Origin: Neoconidiobolus thromboides FSU 785
Taxonomy: Eukaryota; Fungi; Entomophthoromycota
Assembly (NCBI GenBank): GCA_025603075.1
Contig: MU626342.1
Coordinates: 1 to 64,000, forward strand
DNA length: 64,000 nucleotides
Direction of reading: 5' to 3'
A program made the position numbers and the translations under genes. Below the pieces are notes generated by a model, which worked only from the letters and a program-made list of their open reading frames with translations, ran no database searches and was not told the origin of the DNA. Shown here in pieces: positions 30,002 through 43,114 of this stretch. Each line of letters opens with the position of its first letter. The first letter of the stretch is position 1.

Positions 30002-32152
30002 TTATTATCAGTTTACAATTAAAATTAATTTTATATTTTAATTTATTCTATGTCCAATTTTTCATTTTTACTGTGGTAACTAACGATTTTGCTATGAAAT
30101 CGTAAACTAACAATAAGCTTTAAACTGACCTCTCATTGGCCAAGTTAAGCGTGCTTTTGATTAATTCTAAGTCTTCTGAGCTAAGCTTGATTGGGTTTAA
30201 ATACTCGCATTAAACTATATTATTGGCCTTGAATATAAATTAAGTATTTTCATAAGTTGGAAATTTTTATTTGAAGTTTAATTAGTTTATCAGCCTGAGG
30301 AGATATGACATCGTCTCTCTATTTTTAGATAAATTATAAAGATTCTCTGAGTGATTAGTCATTTCATAGATCTAGATCGAAAAACACCAATCAGCACAGG
30401 AATCGATCTATAAATCAAGCTACTTTCATATAGTAATAAAGATGTCTTTAAAATTGTAAACAGTTATTGTTAATTACTATTTATGATCAGATAATAAATG
30501 TCATAAAAAAGATCCTTTTAATATTTGATTAATAATAAAAGTTGTCTATAAATATTAGCGTTATGGTTACACGCTAAATTATACAAGTTTAATAAGATAC
30601 ATAGAATAAAAAGCCTATTTTATTTGAATTAAATTGTATTAAGATAACAAAATAGTAACTACAAATAAAGTTTTTATATTATAAGAAGCTTCTCGTTCAA
30701 ACAAGGAGTAATATTAAAGGATTTGAAATTAAGTGAAATCACAATAACATTTAATCATAAATATAAAATTATTATTATTATAGTGTTTTATAAAGTCACC
30801 TTGTTTGAATTATTCTTGATTTCAAGGGCACACACCATTTATAGCTATTCTCTTTCTAAATCTAACTGTTGTGGAAATGAAAGTTATATAAACAAGAAAT
30901 TATTTAAGACAACCATAACTTGAAAAATGAAATTGAAATACATTATTGTTTGTTAGGAAGTATTCTAATTTAACTAATTAATAGGAATTTTAAATATGAT
31001 ATTCTAAGACTTTCACTAAGAAACTTATCAACTAAACCAGAAGATCGAATATATCTAAATTAGTGATTAATGAATAAAAGATTAATTAAATATGATTAAA
31101 TCAATGAGAGAAACGCTATATAAAGAGAAGTAACGAAACTAAAACCCAACAAAGGCTCTATATGATTGCATGTAAATATGAACATCCACATTTAACAAAA
31201 GAACCTTGACTATACAAATTATCTTTAAATAAAGCCAATTAAACTGTTTAAATTTTATTAAGTAACTTCATATATGCTATAGATTTCTCAAGGAAAAATA
31301 AACAAATCCCTGTTTGCAATAGTATACGTTTTTTGTGTCTGAAAATAAAAATTACTTATCCAAAAAAAATTATCATACCAATTCTATACTGTTTGAACTT
31401 GGGTTTACCTGATAAATTCTTAGCTTATATGAACCTGCCCAATAATTAAATTTCAAGAATGAAACTATCTTCAAAATCAAAGTTCAATAAAAAATATACG
31501 ACTCATTATAATTGTACTTAATGTTTTGTTTTGATGTTACAACTTATCAGTATCTTTAATTATAAAAATTATAAAAATGTAATAAAAATAAAAGTAATAA
31601 TTATCTCTGGCGCTTTTGTGATTTTGTAATTTAGCTATGATAATTCTGGTATTAATAATTTTATTTCATTTTAAATAGCTATTTTATAACCAAATCAATC
31701 AATCAGCTTTTTGAGATTATAAATTAATATTTCATAAAAGAAGCCATATATCAAAACCTACAATATCAAGTTTAAACAATGAATTGTAGAATAATAAAGT
31801 TTGGTTATCATATTATCAAGTAAGGCTAAAATAGATTAAATTTTTACTTTCATTTAATTGTTATTACATCTTGGAAACAATCACTATTTTATAAGACAAA
31901 CACTATCACTCATAGATCTTCTGGACTAATGAACACACAATAGGACTGTTACTTACTGTTACTATTTATCTTTTTTAGAAGCTTTGAAGAATTCCAAACT
32001 TTGTTATATCAAATTGATTGCTTTCCCCATTCCCTTCTGATAATCCTTATCTAACACTTATGTTCTATTCTTATACATATACAAGTTTAAAAGCTCAGTT
32101 AAAATTAAGGACAAAATCTCCCCATTTCACTTTTTTTGTTCATTTATTATGT

Positions 32153-32260
32153 GAGGCTGTATTTTTTTAAGAATTTTACCTGCAATTTTACCAATAATTT
32201 TTCTGCTCAAATAACGTTTAGAAAATGGAAAAAGTGATAAAATCAAAGAAACACACCCCC
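32153..32260 (+). mobile_element. ~100-bp MITE copy
   Basis: GAGGCTG...CACCCCC degenerate termini; non-palindromic direct repeat ATGT at 32149-52 and 32261-64. Confidence 0.8.
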
Positions 32261-32599
32261 ATGTAGTGTAAATTTTTTCAAACTACAATACTCGATAAAA
32301 AAGTTCCAACGAGATATTTTAAAATCAAGTAAAAGCCATATTTTTGTAGTGTTTGGTGTTTAATTCACAATATTTGCTAAATATCTAATTAAACAAAAGT
32401 CGAACTGAGCTTTTAAACTAACTCATATATATGAATTTCGAAATAAAATCCATCTGAGAACCTGGCTATCTTTAATAATTAATATGACCATTAGTCTCGA
32501 TTTGATCAATAACTGTTTATTTTATAGCAGCAGTAAAATCTCTGCTTTTATTTTTAAAATATAAAAAAATAAGCCAAATAAAAAGGATAAGTTTATTAC

Positions 32600-33100
32600 T
32601 ATTGTTGAGACTACCTCAGAATCCTATTGGAGGCTGACCAATTATCCAATATGATATCCAAAAAGATATTTGAGTACTTATATCCATTTGAGGTATTTAA
32701 CGTATGCTTTTTAAGACAATACCTGCTTAAAATCGTACCTAGAGATATTAAATACAATTTAATTCATTCAGCTTGTAACGAACATCAATCTGAAAGATTT
32801 ATAAGCTATACTGTTTCTAAAATAAGATATAAAGAGTATTAATAAAATTCCATTGGATAAAGTGTAGTATTAATAAAACATATTAACATCAGTGCTACAG
32901 AAATAATAAAGTTATTGACTATTTAAATTACTGCCCAGATATTAGATTCTTACATTGGATAATTGACTCTATTTATTGCAAGGACATTATTATCAATGAT
33001 AATTCTATCCAAATACAAAATTACCAAAACTAAAGAAGATGAAGTTAAACTGCTCTAGCCAAGCCCGGTTATTAAATTAGTTTAATGATTATTTAAATCA
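32600..33100 (+). pseudogene. Possible decayed F-box gene
   Basis: RLPQ.. followed in another frame by ..KKIFEYLYPFEVFNVCFLRQ resembles an F-box (LP.E...IF.YL...L..VC); the frame is broken by stops and frameshifts. Confidence 0.3.
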
Positions 33101-33398
33101 GCTCAGAGCCTTTGAACATTGAAGCGATAATATATCAATTGAAGACACAGCTGAGCAGTTAAATTCAAACAAATCGAGAATGCTTAAAATAGACTGCTGC
33201 AGTAGTTTATATTACAATGGGCTCAATATTACTAGGAGGGAATTTAAAAAACCAAAAGTAACAAATTTGATAAGTTTTAAAACTGTTGCTTTTCATAATG
33301 AAAATAATTCAATGTAAACATAAAACAAATTAAAGTAGATTGTTTTACTGCATATAATATTTTCTCTGCCTTTTGTTTCTTTCTCTAAATCTCCAAAT

Positions 33399-33497
33399 GG
33401 CAATGTATTTTTATGTTTAAGAATTTCACTACCAATTTTTCTGTTCAAATAGCACTTAAAAGATGGAAAAAGTGATAAAGCCAAAAAAAACGCCTCT
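33399..33497 (+). mobile_element. Degenerate MITE copy just left of the viral block
   Basis: Family interior (tttaagaatttcactaccaatttttctgttcaaatagcacttaaaagatggaaaaagtgataaagcc); eroded termini, TSD not clear. Confidence 0.75.
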
Positions 33498-33624
33498 GAA
33501 AACTATTATTAAAACAGTTGTAGTTATAAAAAAGGTTTCAAATATTAGTTGTAGCCTTGATACTCCACCATTGCTATTCATACCTATCATATACTTTAAA
33601 AAAGATACGCTCCAGCATAAATGC

Positions 33625-34531
33625 TTAAAAAAATATATTATACTCATTCTGTGTTACTGACTGCCGTATGTAATGAGAGCTGTTTAACCTTCTTGAAGCC
33701 TGTTTGAGTGATTTGCTTATGCCCTCAAGACCCCGATCAAGCTTTCGCTGAATATATCCTATGTTTATAATACTCTGTTTAGCGGATCTTAAATGGATAT
33801 AGAATTCATATGGATCTAAACCCGATAAATAAGGATTGTAACACATGCCAGTGCTCTTACTACCTGACATCTGTACCCCCACAGATTCTATTATCTGCTT
33901 AATGTTAGACTCACTTCCTTTAGTACCACTATCCACTAACAGCTTGCATATATCCGCAAAGTTATCATAATTCATGTCATAGGATCTAGGAGATAGTCCA
34001 TGACACAAGTACTCCTCTAAAATGTAGTCCTTAATATTATTGATTAGATCTTTACCAAACAATTCTTTATGACTGTTATGATTGACCAGTAGTAGGTGCC
34101 ATTAAGGTTCTGACCTCATCTATGTATTGTTTTATCTTTGTAACAAAGATATTCATCTCATCTCCATCAAAGTCGGCATTGAATATTTTGCATAACTTCG
34201 GGTGAAGTTCGATTGTTTTATTCTTATGAAAATAAACTTTAAGATCTAATATAGATCCTCTGGTCGAAATAGGCCGGGGGTTGGCTATGACATAATCCTT
34301 ATCCTTAAGCTTCAGCACTTCTTTAAAAGATTTGGGAAGGCCAATATAAGTCTTATCGTGTTCTATACCTGGAGGTATGACTGCACGTCCACAATAACTA
34401 ACCCTATTGCTTGGACAATAATTTCTATATATACCTTCTTTGCCTTTTACTTTGTAAGAAGCAATGCCCATACCTAGATGGTGGCTGTTGTTGTTTAAGG
34501 ATTTGTCATTTAGCTTCTTTAGCTTATACAT
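33625..34531 (-). pseudogene. Viral DNA-directed RNA polymerase largest subunit (Rpb1/beta-prime-like), highly compact, broken into 2 ORFs
   Basis: KGKEGIYRNYCPSNRVSYCGRAVIPP (cf. [24 protein letters not shown]), catalytic NADFDGDEMN, SGTKGSESNIKQI..VGVQ, YLSGLDPYEFYIH, GYIQRKL. Confidence 0.92.
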
Positions 34532-34583
34532 AACAATTGAATTGAATTATATAACCTACAAAAGAAATATTAGTTTCAATAGT

Positions 34584-36893
34584 ATGGAGGAAGATTGGTA
34601 TTGTTCATTGAGAAAGCACATCCTTGAAAAATTAAATATCCCAAGCAAAGAATATAAGGAATTCAGTAACTACGAAGAAGCAAAGGATTATTTATTCGGG
34701 AGCTTTACATAGATATGGAGAAATGATATCCAAAACATATTTTATGATGTAATTCATAAAGAGTTGAAGTATTGCAACAATTCCAAAGGATATAGTATCT
34801 ATAGTTTCAATTAAAGACCAGATCTCTCGACGAAGGCGTCACAACATGTACAAAATGTCTAAAGTCCAATATTATACAATAATCGATAGTTTACCGTTCT
34901 ATGTAAAACATGAAAATGAAGTTGTTTTTGAGTTTAGGCAATATACTTGGAAAGGATATCCACTTAACAACCCTTCCAAAGACATCAATATAGTTGGCAG
35001 GATTGTATCTAACAAATCAACCTATGAATTTAAGAACAAAGCTATCTTTATCGATGGTAAAAACATCAGAGATAATTATGATCTTAAAAATAACCCATGG
35101 TTCAGGAAGAATACACCATAGTATTATAGGATGCTGAATATATGTGGTGAAAATGGAGGTGAGGTGCCATCTCATCTGCTGCTTTACATCATATTCAAAT
35201 TTTCAAATGATATATTTGACGATATATATCACCTTAGATTCAAAAGAGTCTATCGGACAAAAGAACATACTTTATTATCCAAAAGGTCTTTGGTTGGTAT
35301 ATATACTCATGTTAACAAGATGAGGATGGACATTGATCCCAACAGTAAAATATTAGCTATAGGAGATGTACATCCATCATATAGAGGCTTTGTATGTATA
35401 ACTGACACATAAGGTGGTAAGAATATAGGACTTATAAAGGCATTACCCAAAGATGTCTTCGTATCCGGTGAACCATACAATTGCTATTATAAGGAAGTCA
35501 TCAATCTATTAAAGGAGTGTATTGTTCAGCTATCATGCAACACCATTATTGTGTTCTATAATTCAATGGTGGTAGGACACATCCCTTACATGCCATTATC
35601 ACTACATATTATTGGTATTTTTAATATAATGCTTTTACCCTATGTATCAAAAACAAATATATCGGTGGTTGTTATTACTGATGGGCCAGAAAGATATACG
35701 CGCAAGTTACCCCATGGAAGAATCAAGTTCGTAGATGAGGCTACTGAAGACGATATCAATAAGTTTGATGTTTATAATCCTTTATGTCCCACCGACAATC
35801 TTATATCCTATGTCAATCATAACTGAGCAGCGAGGGTTACATTTGGCATCAGTATCCAGAAGCAGGCATTATCTCTGCCGTTCAAGATCCATGATATTGA
35901 ATAAATAAGAGAAGATTGATATGTCCCCACATGTTAAGCCCCAACGATCAAGGCGCCATTGACAGGCATATTTCCTTACAATGGGATCAACCTTAAATGT
36001 AAGATTGCATTCTATAAGAAGCTAAACATAGAAGATGCTATTGTGATGAGTGATAAGGCAGCAGAAAGATTCACAAGCTATAGATATCTATGTGTCAAGC
36101 AAAGTTACGACCATCTTATCAGAACATCATTAAATGAAATGTTCGATGAGAATAATGTGATACGCGTAGGAGATAAAGTAACCAAAGGAAGCAGTTTGGC
36201 CGCCATCTATGTATCAGGTAAAACGCTATGTGTGACAAATATCATTTCAAAGCATTCTGGGGAAGTGACCAATATATCAAATTCAGATAAAGTATCGGTG
36301 ATAAGGATAAAATAAAACATATTTATTCAAGTAGGAGATAAAGCTACTTCTCTAGATGCCCAAAAAAGTTTCGTTGGAGCCATTGTAGACCATAAGGAAC
36401 TTTATGATGTGTTCAAAGAATAGGTTGACATTTTTATCAATTCATGTGCCATATCAAGTCGTATGGCCATGGGGCAATTGATGGAAATAAAAGATAAAAC
36501 GGTTATTGTTATTACCAAGCATCGAGTCATCAAGTGGGGGACAAGTCGTATATAGTGGCAGAACCAACAAAGAATTACATATCCCATAGTTTAGTCACAG
36601 GAAAGTCTTTTGGAGCAAGCTTTAGATTGGGTGAGATGGAGAAGGACTGTATCATCGCCTATGGGTCAGAACACTCGTTATTAGAACTATTTATAAGCAG
36701 TTCTGATTTGACAGATGTCTGTGTTTATAAGAGTTGCGATTACTTGATAGCATATAGTAATAACTATCCAGGGCCATGTAAGATATGTGGTAATGAAACA
36801 AAGAAGATATGCTTATCTTATTCATCCAAGATGGCTTCATGGTTTTGACAAAAGATAATACTGGGCTATGTATAAACGAGTTCATCTGATTAG
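34584..36893 (+). pseudogene. Viral RNA polymerase second subunit (Rpb2/beta-like), fragmented
   Basis: Ordered motifs across stops and frameshifts: GDVHPSYRGFVCITDT*GGKNIGLIKAL, ISYVNHN*AARVTFGISIQKQA, NIEDAIVMS, QVGDKATSLDAQKSFVG, VDIFINSCAISSRMAMGQLME, FRLGEMEKDCIIAYG, C-terminal Zn ribbon PCKICG. Start and end positions approximate. Confidence 0.92.
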
Positions 36894-36918
36894 AATAAAA
36901 AAGACTTAGTAGGATAAG

Positions 36919-37535
36919 ATGAATAACACAATCACATTATTAGCCAAAGACATCGATATTACTAAGTTATCTTTAGGGTAGAAAGGAAACCCCATCCCCA
37001 TTGATATAGGTGGCGGTATAGAATACATCGATGTGTTTTATGATAATAAACATCTGATCATCAAAACAGACACACCATGCATTATGAAATGTGAATTTCA
37101 GGTCTACAATGCTAAAATGGGTTTGTTAAGGATACAGAGAATCAAACAAAGAATCTAAAATTTTCCATTAAAGGTATGGAGCAGATATCAGAGATAGACA
37201 AAAGGGTCTCAGATCTTCTTTTTTCCATTGGATCAAAAGGCAAGAAGATCTACATGAGAATAAGCAATGAATGAATACCCTGTAAACCATGTCTTCGTAA
37301 TGATGAGGTGACAACTAACTTTTATACTCACTCGGAAGATATCTCGTGGAAGGATTGTTTATCACATACCATCATAGCCATACCAGTAGTGATATACTAA
37401 ACTATCATGATAAGAAACTGTCAGGCCACCTCCAGAATGATGCTTTATAGCTGTATTATCAAACTCAATGATGCCAAGTCCGTGTTTGATGATGATGAGA
37501 TACAAAGAGCATTCATGACATTAAATCTCCATTAA
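36919..37535 (+). pseudogene. Possible viral ssDNA-binding protein (DUF2738-like), broken
   Basis: MNNTITLLAKDIDITKLSLG*KGNPIP...YIDVFYDNKHLIIKTDTP and acidic tail SVFDDDEI resemble NCLDV OB-fold SSBs as I recall them; contains a stop and a frameshift. Confidence 0.4.
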
Positions 37536-37610
37536 AAAACATCTTCTAAAACAATATTACTCAGTACTATATAAGTGATGTCATTCTGTTTTTGAAGATA
37601 TTTTTTTAAT
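37531..37610. terminator. Imperfect hairpin between convergent viral genes
   Basis: attaaaaaacatcttctaaaaca (37531-53) versus tgtttttgaagatatttttttaat (37587-610). Confidence 0.6.
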
Positions 37611-37689
37611 AAGCTAAATAAGTTAAGTTAAATAAACCTGAGACAACTCTTCTCTAGATACTTTCTATCATCACCATCGATTCCATTCA

Positions 37690-38133
37690 CCTCTCCATCT
37701 TTTTTTAGTTTTCGGATACAACTGTAAACCTCCTCTCCAATGATATAAATATGTCCCTTAGCATCGATGTATTTATAATCTTCAAAATGACTAATGCCAT
37801 CCGGTTCAAAAACACTTCTTATGTTACTAATCTTTCGAGTTGCCTCTTTTTATGATACTGCTCAAGTCCTTGGTCGATGTTGCAGTAGTTAGTGGAGCTA
37901 TTTCTGGCTTCGGAGTACTTTTTTTGTTTGCTTTATTTATAGAAACACGGCTTTCCTCGTCTTCTGGTATGACCACTGTTCTTTTGTCTGTGTACCTTCT
38001 CCTTCTGATGTGCTACATCCAACTTGAGTGACATGGAATTGAGCACCTGATCTTTTGAGTAGCTTGAGTTGTTTTGCATAATATCATAGCATTCAGAGAT
38101 ATTTATTTCGATGATCTGATTGATAAGCCTCAC
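37690..38133 (-). pseudogene. Viral hypothetical gene, frameshifted
   Basis: Joined frames read MRLINQIIEINISECY.. / ..VVIPEDEESRVSINKANKKSTPKPEI.. / ..ISNIRSVFEPDGISHFEDYKYIDAKGHIYIIGEEVYSCIRKLKKMER*. Confidence 0.45.
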
Positions 38134-38186
38134 GATATCTTGTTATAATATGATGTTTATTTTTTATAATCTTAATTTGCATCAAT

Positions 38187-38414
38187 TTATATATTGCTTG
38201 TTGGATCTGATCTTAGATGAGAACATATGCCCTCCCTCTCCTCCGGAGTTATACTTATTATATCCCCCGATGATAAGCATTTTGTGTCATAGGGATCATT
38301 ATTATTATACTTAAATATGCTCGGTATCAATATTTCGAATGTATCATCACTATCTATTATCCTCAGCACAAGCTTTCTCCTAAACGCTTCTTTGATTTCA
38401 TAGATCATTATCAA
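38187..38414 (-). CDS. Viral small ORF, possibly Rpb7/S1-fold-like
   Basis: 75 aa, divergent from the helicase; DTFEILIP...LSSGDIISIT weakly recalls the Rpb7 S1 domain. Confidence 0.25.
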   Translation of the reverse strand: MIMIYEIKEAFRRKLVLRIIDSDDTFEILIPSIFKYNNNDPYDTKCLSSGDIISITPEEREGICSHLRSDPTSNI

Positions 38415-38431
38415 TAATTATAGAATATATT

Positions 38432-40337
38432 ATGTCATATAAAATCAATACTTTGAAAATTGAAGATAAACAACCAATAAGTAAATTATGGATTATGCAC
38501 GCTAAAGACGACCTTTCCAACCTACGTCACACTAGTCTTTATGAAAGATGTTGACATAATAACTTATTGGACCATCAAGTGTTCGTTGGTGAGTATATGA
38601 GTAAGTATATGGACAACAATGAGATGCTTGTCTATCACGAAATGAATGGGTATAGGTAAAACATTATGTGCGCTCAATGTAGCATTTAACAATAACTCAA
38701 GTTTGATCATCATCAAGAATGCATTGCTTGTAAAGAATTATATGGACTCCTTGAAAGCTATGAAGCCTACAAATAACCTTAGAATTACCACTTACAAGAA
38801 TTTCAAGGACATGGATGAAGACGTTATCGTTGTTTATGAAACGCACCATTTAAACAATGTAGATAAGAGTGGTGTGCCTATCTATATCACGATATTAAGA
38901 TACATCCAACAGAGACCGAGAACAAAGATTGTATTGATGGCTGAGACACCAATTATAAACTATGGAAAGGATCTGATACCTATCTTGAGCCTGCTTATGC
39001 GATGGGAAGTGTGTAATGTACATGAGTTTGACTTTAGTCTCTTGAGAGGCAAAGTCACAACCAAGACGCTGAGCATCTTCAATAATAGCACTGAGCTAGT
39101 TTATGAAGATAAGTTATGTGACATGGATGATTATGAAGATAAAGCAAATGTCAGTAGGAACATCCACCATGGCATACAAAGACACTCCCTGAAAAACAAG
39201 TACCTTACCCTATTGGATGAAATAACTAAACAGTCTTCTAGAGTGATAGTGTACTGTGAAAACATCAAAGGAGAGGGCCTGGATAAGCTAGGGTCGTTTA
39301 TAGATGAACATAATGTGTCCAGCAAGGGCAGAAGTATAAAGTATCTTATATTCACAGGGGAGGATATCAATGATCATAAGTTGCTGAAATTTAATTCCGG
39401 CAAGGTTGATATGCCACTTGCCAGCTCAGCCATATGTGAAGGCGTATCATTGAAGAACGTGAGGAAGCTTATTATATACACGATGTTCTGGAACAGTCAG
39501 AGTTACAATCAATTAATTGGGAGGATAAAAAGACTCGGTTCGAACGATGAAGTGCATATGGTAAAAGTGGTCCATGCCCTAAGTGTCACACAAAATGTTT
39601 TACACATTCCAAATTATGTTTCGAATATAAATGATACCTACCGACCATACGATGATCTAAAAAGTGTTCATCCAGATCGATCCATCGATCTATTTAAAAG
39701 GAATTGGTGTAATAAGAAAGACGCGGACATTGATATTTATCTAACCAAGCTCAGAAGTGTATCGATCGATTTGGATGATATCGATAGTCTAGCAGAGTCA
39801 GCTGGTGATGATAGTACCTATAAGATCCATCTGTACAACAAGTATCTATATGATTCGATGCAGCCAACCAATCACTCATCCACAGAAAGCACCATGAGGT
39901 GTTGTAGATGGGTTGCGTTTGATGAATACGATGTGGGGGAGTATATCAAGAACAATATAAGAAGCATAGGGTATATCATCCATGGATGCTTCAAGGCTCA
40001 AGGCTTGACTCATGATGCTCAATTAGATACCTATATCCAAGACGATAAGATCATTATAGATAAGCTTAATGAGTATATCAGTGACAAAAAGTTACAGTGT
40101 CATAAATACAGCATCATAAAATACAGTATCGATGGTAGTGTGAGAATCATAATCAGCGACCTGTTTGATGAGAACAACAACAAGCGAAGGATGTCCCGAG
40201 GCGTCTTGTTGGATAAAGCAAAGAAGAAAGATATGGTTAAGGCCATGAGGTTCTATGGGTTTAATTATGATGCAAACCAATCATGTAAGGAATTGACAAG
40301 TATTATAAAACAAAAAGTGAAACCAATCGTGATATAG
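38432..40337 (+). pseudogene. Viral SF2 helicase/ATPase of the poxvirus D6 (VETF-S)/D11 (NPH-I) family
   Basis: LLDHQVFVGEY...MLVYHEM[+aatg frameshift]GIGKT, Walker B-like IVVYETHHL, motif III MAETPIINY, motif V AICEGVSLKNVRKL, motif VI QLIGRIKRLGS. Confidence 0.88.
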
Positions 40338-40340
40338 AAT

Positions 40341-41696
40341 ATGGAGGTCTTTATTAAAGAACTATGTCTCCCCATCAAAAAGAATTTGGAGGAGGATGGG
40401 CTTAACGTTGAGGTGGAGGTAAGACTCAGAATGCCCAGACAGGCCCTCGATTCACTCATCAAACACTATTGCTTGGAATATGATAAAGAGACGGAAGAGA
40501 GGGTGCTTTCACTCGCAGTAAATAATATCTTTGTGGAAAGTGATAAACATCTTCCCATGGTCAAAGAAACAATCATAGCCAAATCCTTTTGAAGGCGCAA
40601 AGTATCCTGTTCGCTGGAACCGTTCATGTCAAGAGAGGATATGACTATCGTGACTTCCGAGCTGATCGTGGTGAGAATGAAGAAGAGATATGTTCGAAGT
40701 TATGATGGATATGGTATGATGGATATGGTATGATGGATATGGTATGATGGCCACTCTTGTGGGATAACAGGTCGAGGTTGAGCTTGAGGTCACAAATGCA
40801 TATGCTAGGGACTTCATGCAATCAATGTTCAGTGAGATCAAAAGGCTATCTGAAAGCAGGGCCATACCCAGAGGCGTGACATTCCACCCCATCAAACCGA
40901 GGAATGCTAAGCTATCGGACCTATGGATGATGAGAGAGGGTTATATGTCACTGAAGATCGATCGTGAAAGAGGGATGGTTGTTATTGATCGGATAAAAGA
41001 ATGTTACAAAGTATGGTTCTGTCTCAACCAATCATGGATGGATGTAGATGATGTGAAGCATGATAAAATAGATGTTTTGTTTGATGAGTATAGGATAGAT
41101 AAACTGATTATTGATACAGAAGTGATGGATGAAAGTCATTATTTACTTTATATCACAAACATCCCATCCTCTGCGTTTAAACAGCGCCATAAGATACTTT
41201 GTGACATCATTGAATGTTTCAACACAGAAGTACAAGGACAGTTTGAGGTGAAGCATCAGGAGTATTTCGATAGTTCTAAGTGTATCAATATCATCTATGA
41301 CATACTTCAGCTGAAGGAGCCACGTAACGATGGGGTGATTATAACAAGCGTGGGTAAATACCAGAGTAATGTGTTTCGTATCAAAAGAATAAATACCATC
41401 GATGTGGGTTTGAAGTGAATGATGAATGCTTCTATGTCATGGAAGATCCTTTAAAGAAGGTGCTTCATCCAACACAGAAGCATATGACAACATTTAAGAA
41501 GTGTTTTGATAAGCTAGAAGAACATCCATCATCATGTGTTTATGAGATTGACCGCCATTTCAAAATAGTAAGGATAAGGCGTGATAAGCAGTATCCTAAT
41601 TCATGCGATGCTTATGTGGAGAATACTAGCAAAGATACTATTCTTAAGAAGATATATAGCTATTTCTGGTTTCCCCGATCACAGATCTCGTTGTAA
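40341..41696 (+). pseudogene. Viral mRNA capping enzyme (CYTH-type RNA triphosphatase + guanylyltransferase + OB fold), no methyltransferase domain seen; fragmented
   Basis: TPase motifs VEVEVRL and QVEVELEV; GTase motifs I SLKIDRER (KxDG), III IDTEV, IV NDGVIIT, V RIKRINTIDV, VI VRIRRDKQYPN. Confidence 0.85.
40701..40750 (+). repeat. 14-bp tandem repeat (tatgatggatatgg x3.6) that frameshifts the capping gene
   Basis: Read directly; removing two units restores KKRYVRSYDGYGMMATLVG*QVEVELE. Confidence 0.9.
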
Positions 41697-41942
41697 GCCA
41701 TCTTTGGTGAAGAGATAAGTAATAATAAATGGATATGTATCAATTCTAAATACTACACGGTCCATCAATCCAGTCATGAAGAGTTCAGTGCACAGTTTCA
41801 TGGGTTTAATAAGATAAATGATACATGTTGTGATCCATAGTTTTCAGCGAAGGAGAATGATTTGTTGTGTGAATATCATGATTATAGATTGTAATTGATT
41901 CATTGGGTCTGGAGATATGGCTAAATATGATATTTTACATAT

Positions 41943-41980
41943 GGGGTTGTCTGAATTAGTTTCATTATTTTATCCAATTT
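41943..41980 (-). mobile_element. Partial degenerate MITE end at the right edge of viral block 1
   Basis: ATAT + GGGGTTG..tttcattattttatccaattt resembles the reverse-orientation MITE start GGGGATG..cttcattactttttccattt. Confidence 0.45.
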
Positions 41981-43016
41981 AAATATTGTGTATTTTAGAA
42001 ACTTAAAAATTCTATAAAATCAAATTTTTTATCAAAACAAAAGTACCCAAACACAGTTCTAAATCATTCTATTATAGTTTATACTATAAGTTAGCTGGAT
42101 TTCTAATAGATCTTAAATGCATATTCTTATAAAACTTTATTGAGAAATATTTATTATTGACTGCTTTATAACCAATATTTTAGATTTGTTACCAAATAAA
42201 TAAACTACTTTAATGTTATGATTACATTATTAATATATTGTCAAGTTAATAGATAGCTGCATGGGAGCGAGTGGTTAGCCCCAAAACTATGATTAACCAT
42301 CCTTATATAGTACAAGTAATATAATATTAGTTTTTACATATTATTACAATTCTTTGTTCTTTGACTATTTATTAACTTAGCTATTAATAACTTAAGCAAT
42401 GTTAACATTTAATAATCTATTTCTATCATTTAACAAACTACTTACTTGCTTAGTAAATATCGAAAATTTTAAATCCTCTGTTATCTTCGTAAGGTAAGCT
42501 GGGATCGATCTTTTAATCCTTGTGTTTTCTATAGACTCTATAACTCTAATAACAACATACTTTATTGTTATGTTTAATAAAGTGTAAGTACTTCTTAATG
42601 CCCTGCATCTCTATTATTATTTTTGTATTTTTGTTTCTTTCATACTTTTTAAAAATTATATCTGTTTTTCCATTATTAACAATCGAGTTATTAATTTTAT
42701 TATGTTCGCAAATAAAAGTCTCAAACCTTGAAATTAATTGATTGATATTTTCTATTTTACCTGATGCTTCAAAACTACTTTTCCATTTTGAAAGATTTCC
42801 AAAATACCCATCAACTATACTTTTTCCATGATGCTCAGCAAAAAATCAAGATCAATATTTAAACTACTATTTATTTTGTGGATTTGTTTAAATATATAAT
42901 GTAGAAACTCTTGGGATCTAAAATGATTTTATGTATCTGCCCATATATTGATTTTTGTAAACTTTTTAAATAAAAGCTCTGTAGAGATCAAATCGATTAA
43001 ACAATCTCCTGCATAT

Positions 43017-43114
43017 GGAGGTGTTTTTTTGTGTTTAAGGATTTTACTAACAGTCTTCCCACTCAAATAGCGTTTAAAAAATGGAAAAATAATGAAATTA
43101 AAAAATACATCCCC
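43017..43114 (+). mobile_element. ~100-bp MITE copy in the AT-rich spacer between viral blocks
   Basis: GGAGGTG...CATCCCC; ATAT flanks at 43013-16 and 43115-18. Confidence 0.88.

Larger units (their letters stand above)
33625..41900. mobile_element. Endogenous Nucleocytoviricota-like viral element, block 1 (transcription module); boundaries approximate
   Basis: Intronless, closely packed or overlapping ORFs for Rpb1, Rpb2, SSB-like protein, SF2 helicase and capping enzyme; abrupt compositional change from AT-rich host flanks; in-frame stops and frameshifts. Confidence 0.9.

Noticed and set aside
30372-30410. CCAAT box flanked by an 8-bp inverted repeat (tagatcga/tcgatcta) upstream of the histidine kinase
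   Set aside because: Plausible promoter element but too short to support without conservation data.
33625-36893. Rpb1/Rpb2 fragments as host Pol I/II/III genes or retrocopies
   Set aside because: They are intronless, far more divergent and shorter than fungal subunits, head-to-head, and embedded among capping, D5 and PolB genes with viral features.
40701-40750. CRISPR-like or functional repeat array
   Set aside because: Direct 14-bp units with no spacers, inside a eukaryote-hosted pseudogene; a simple tandem expansion.
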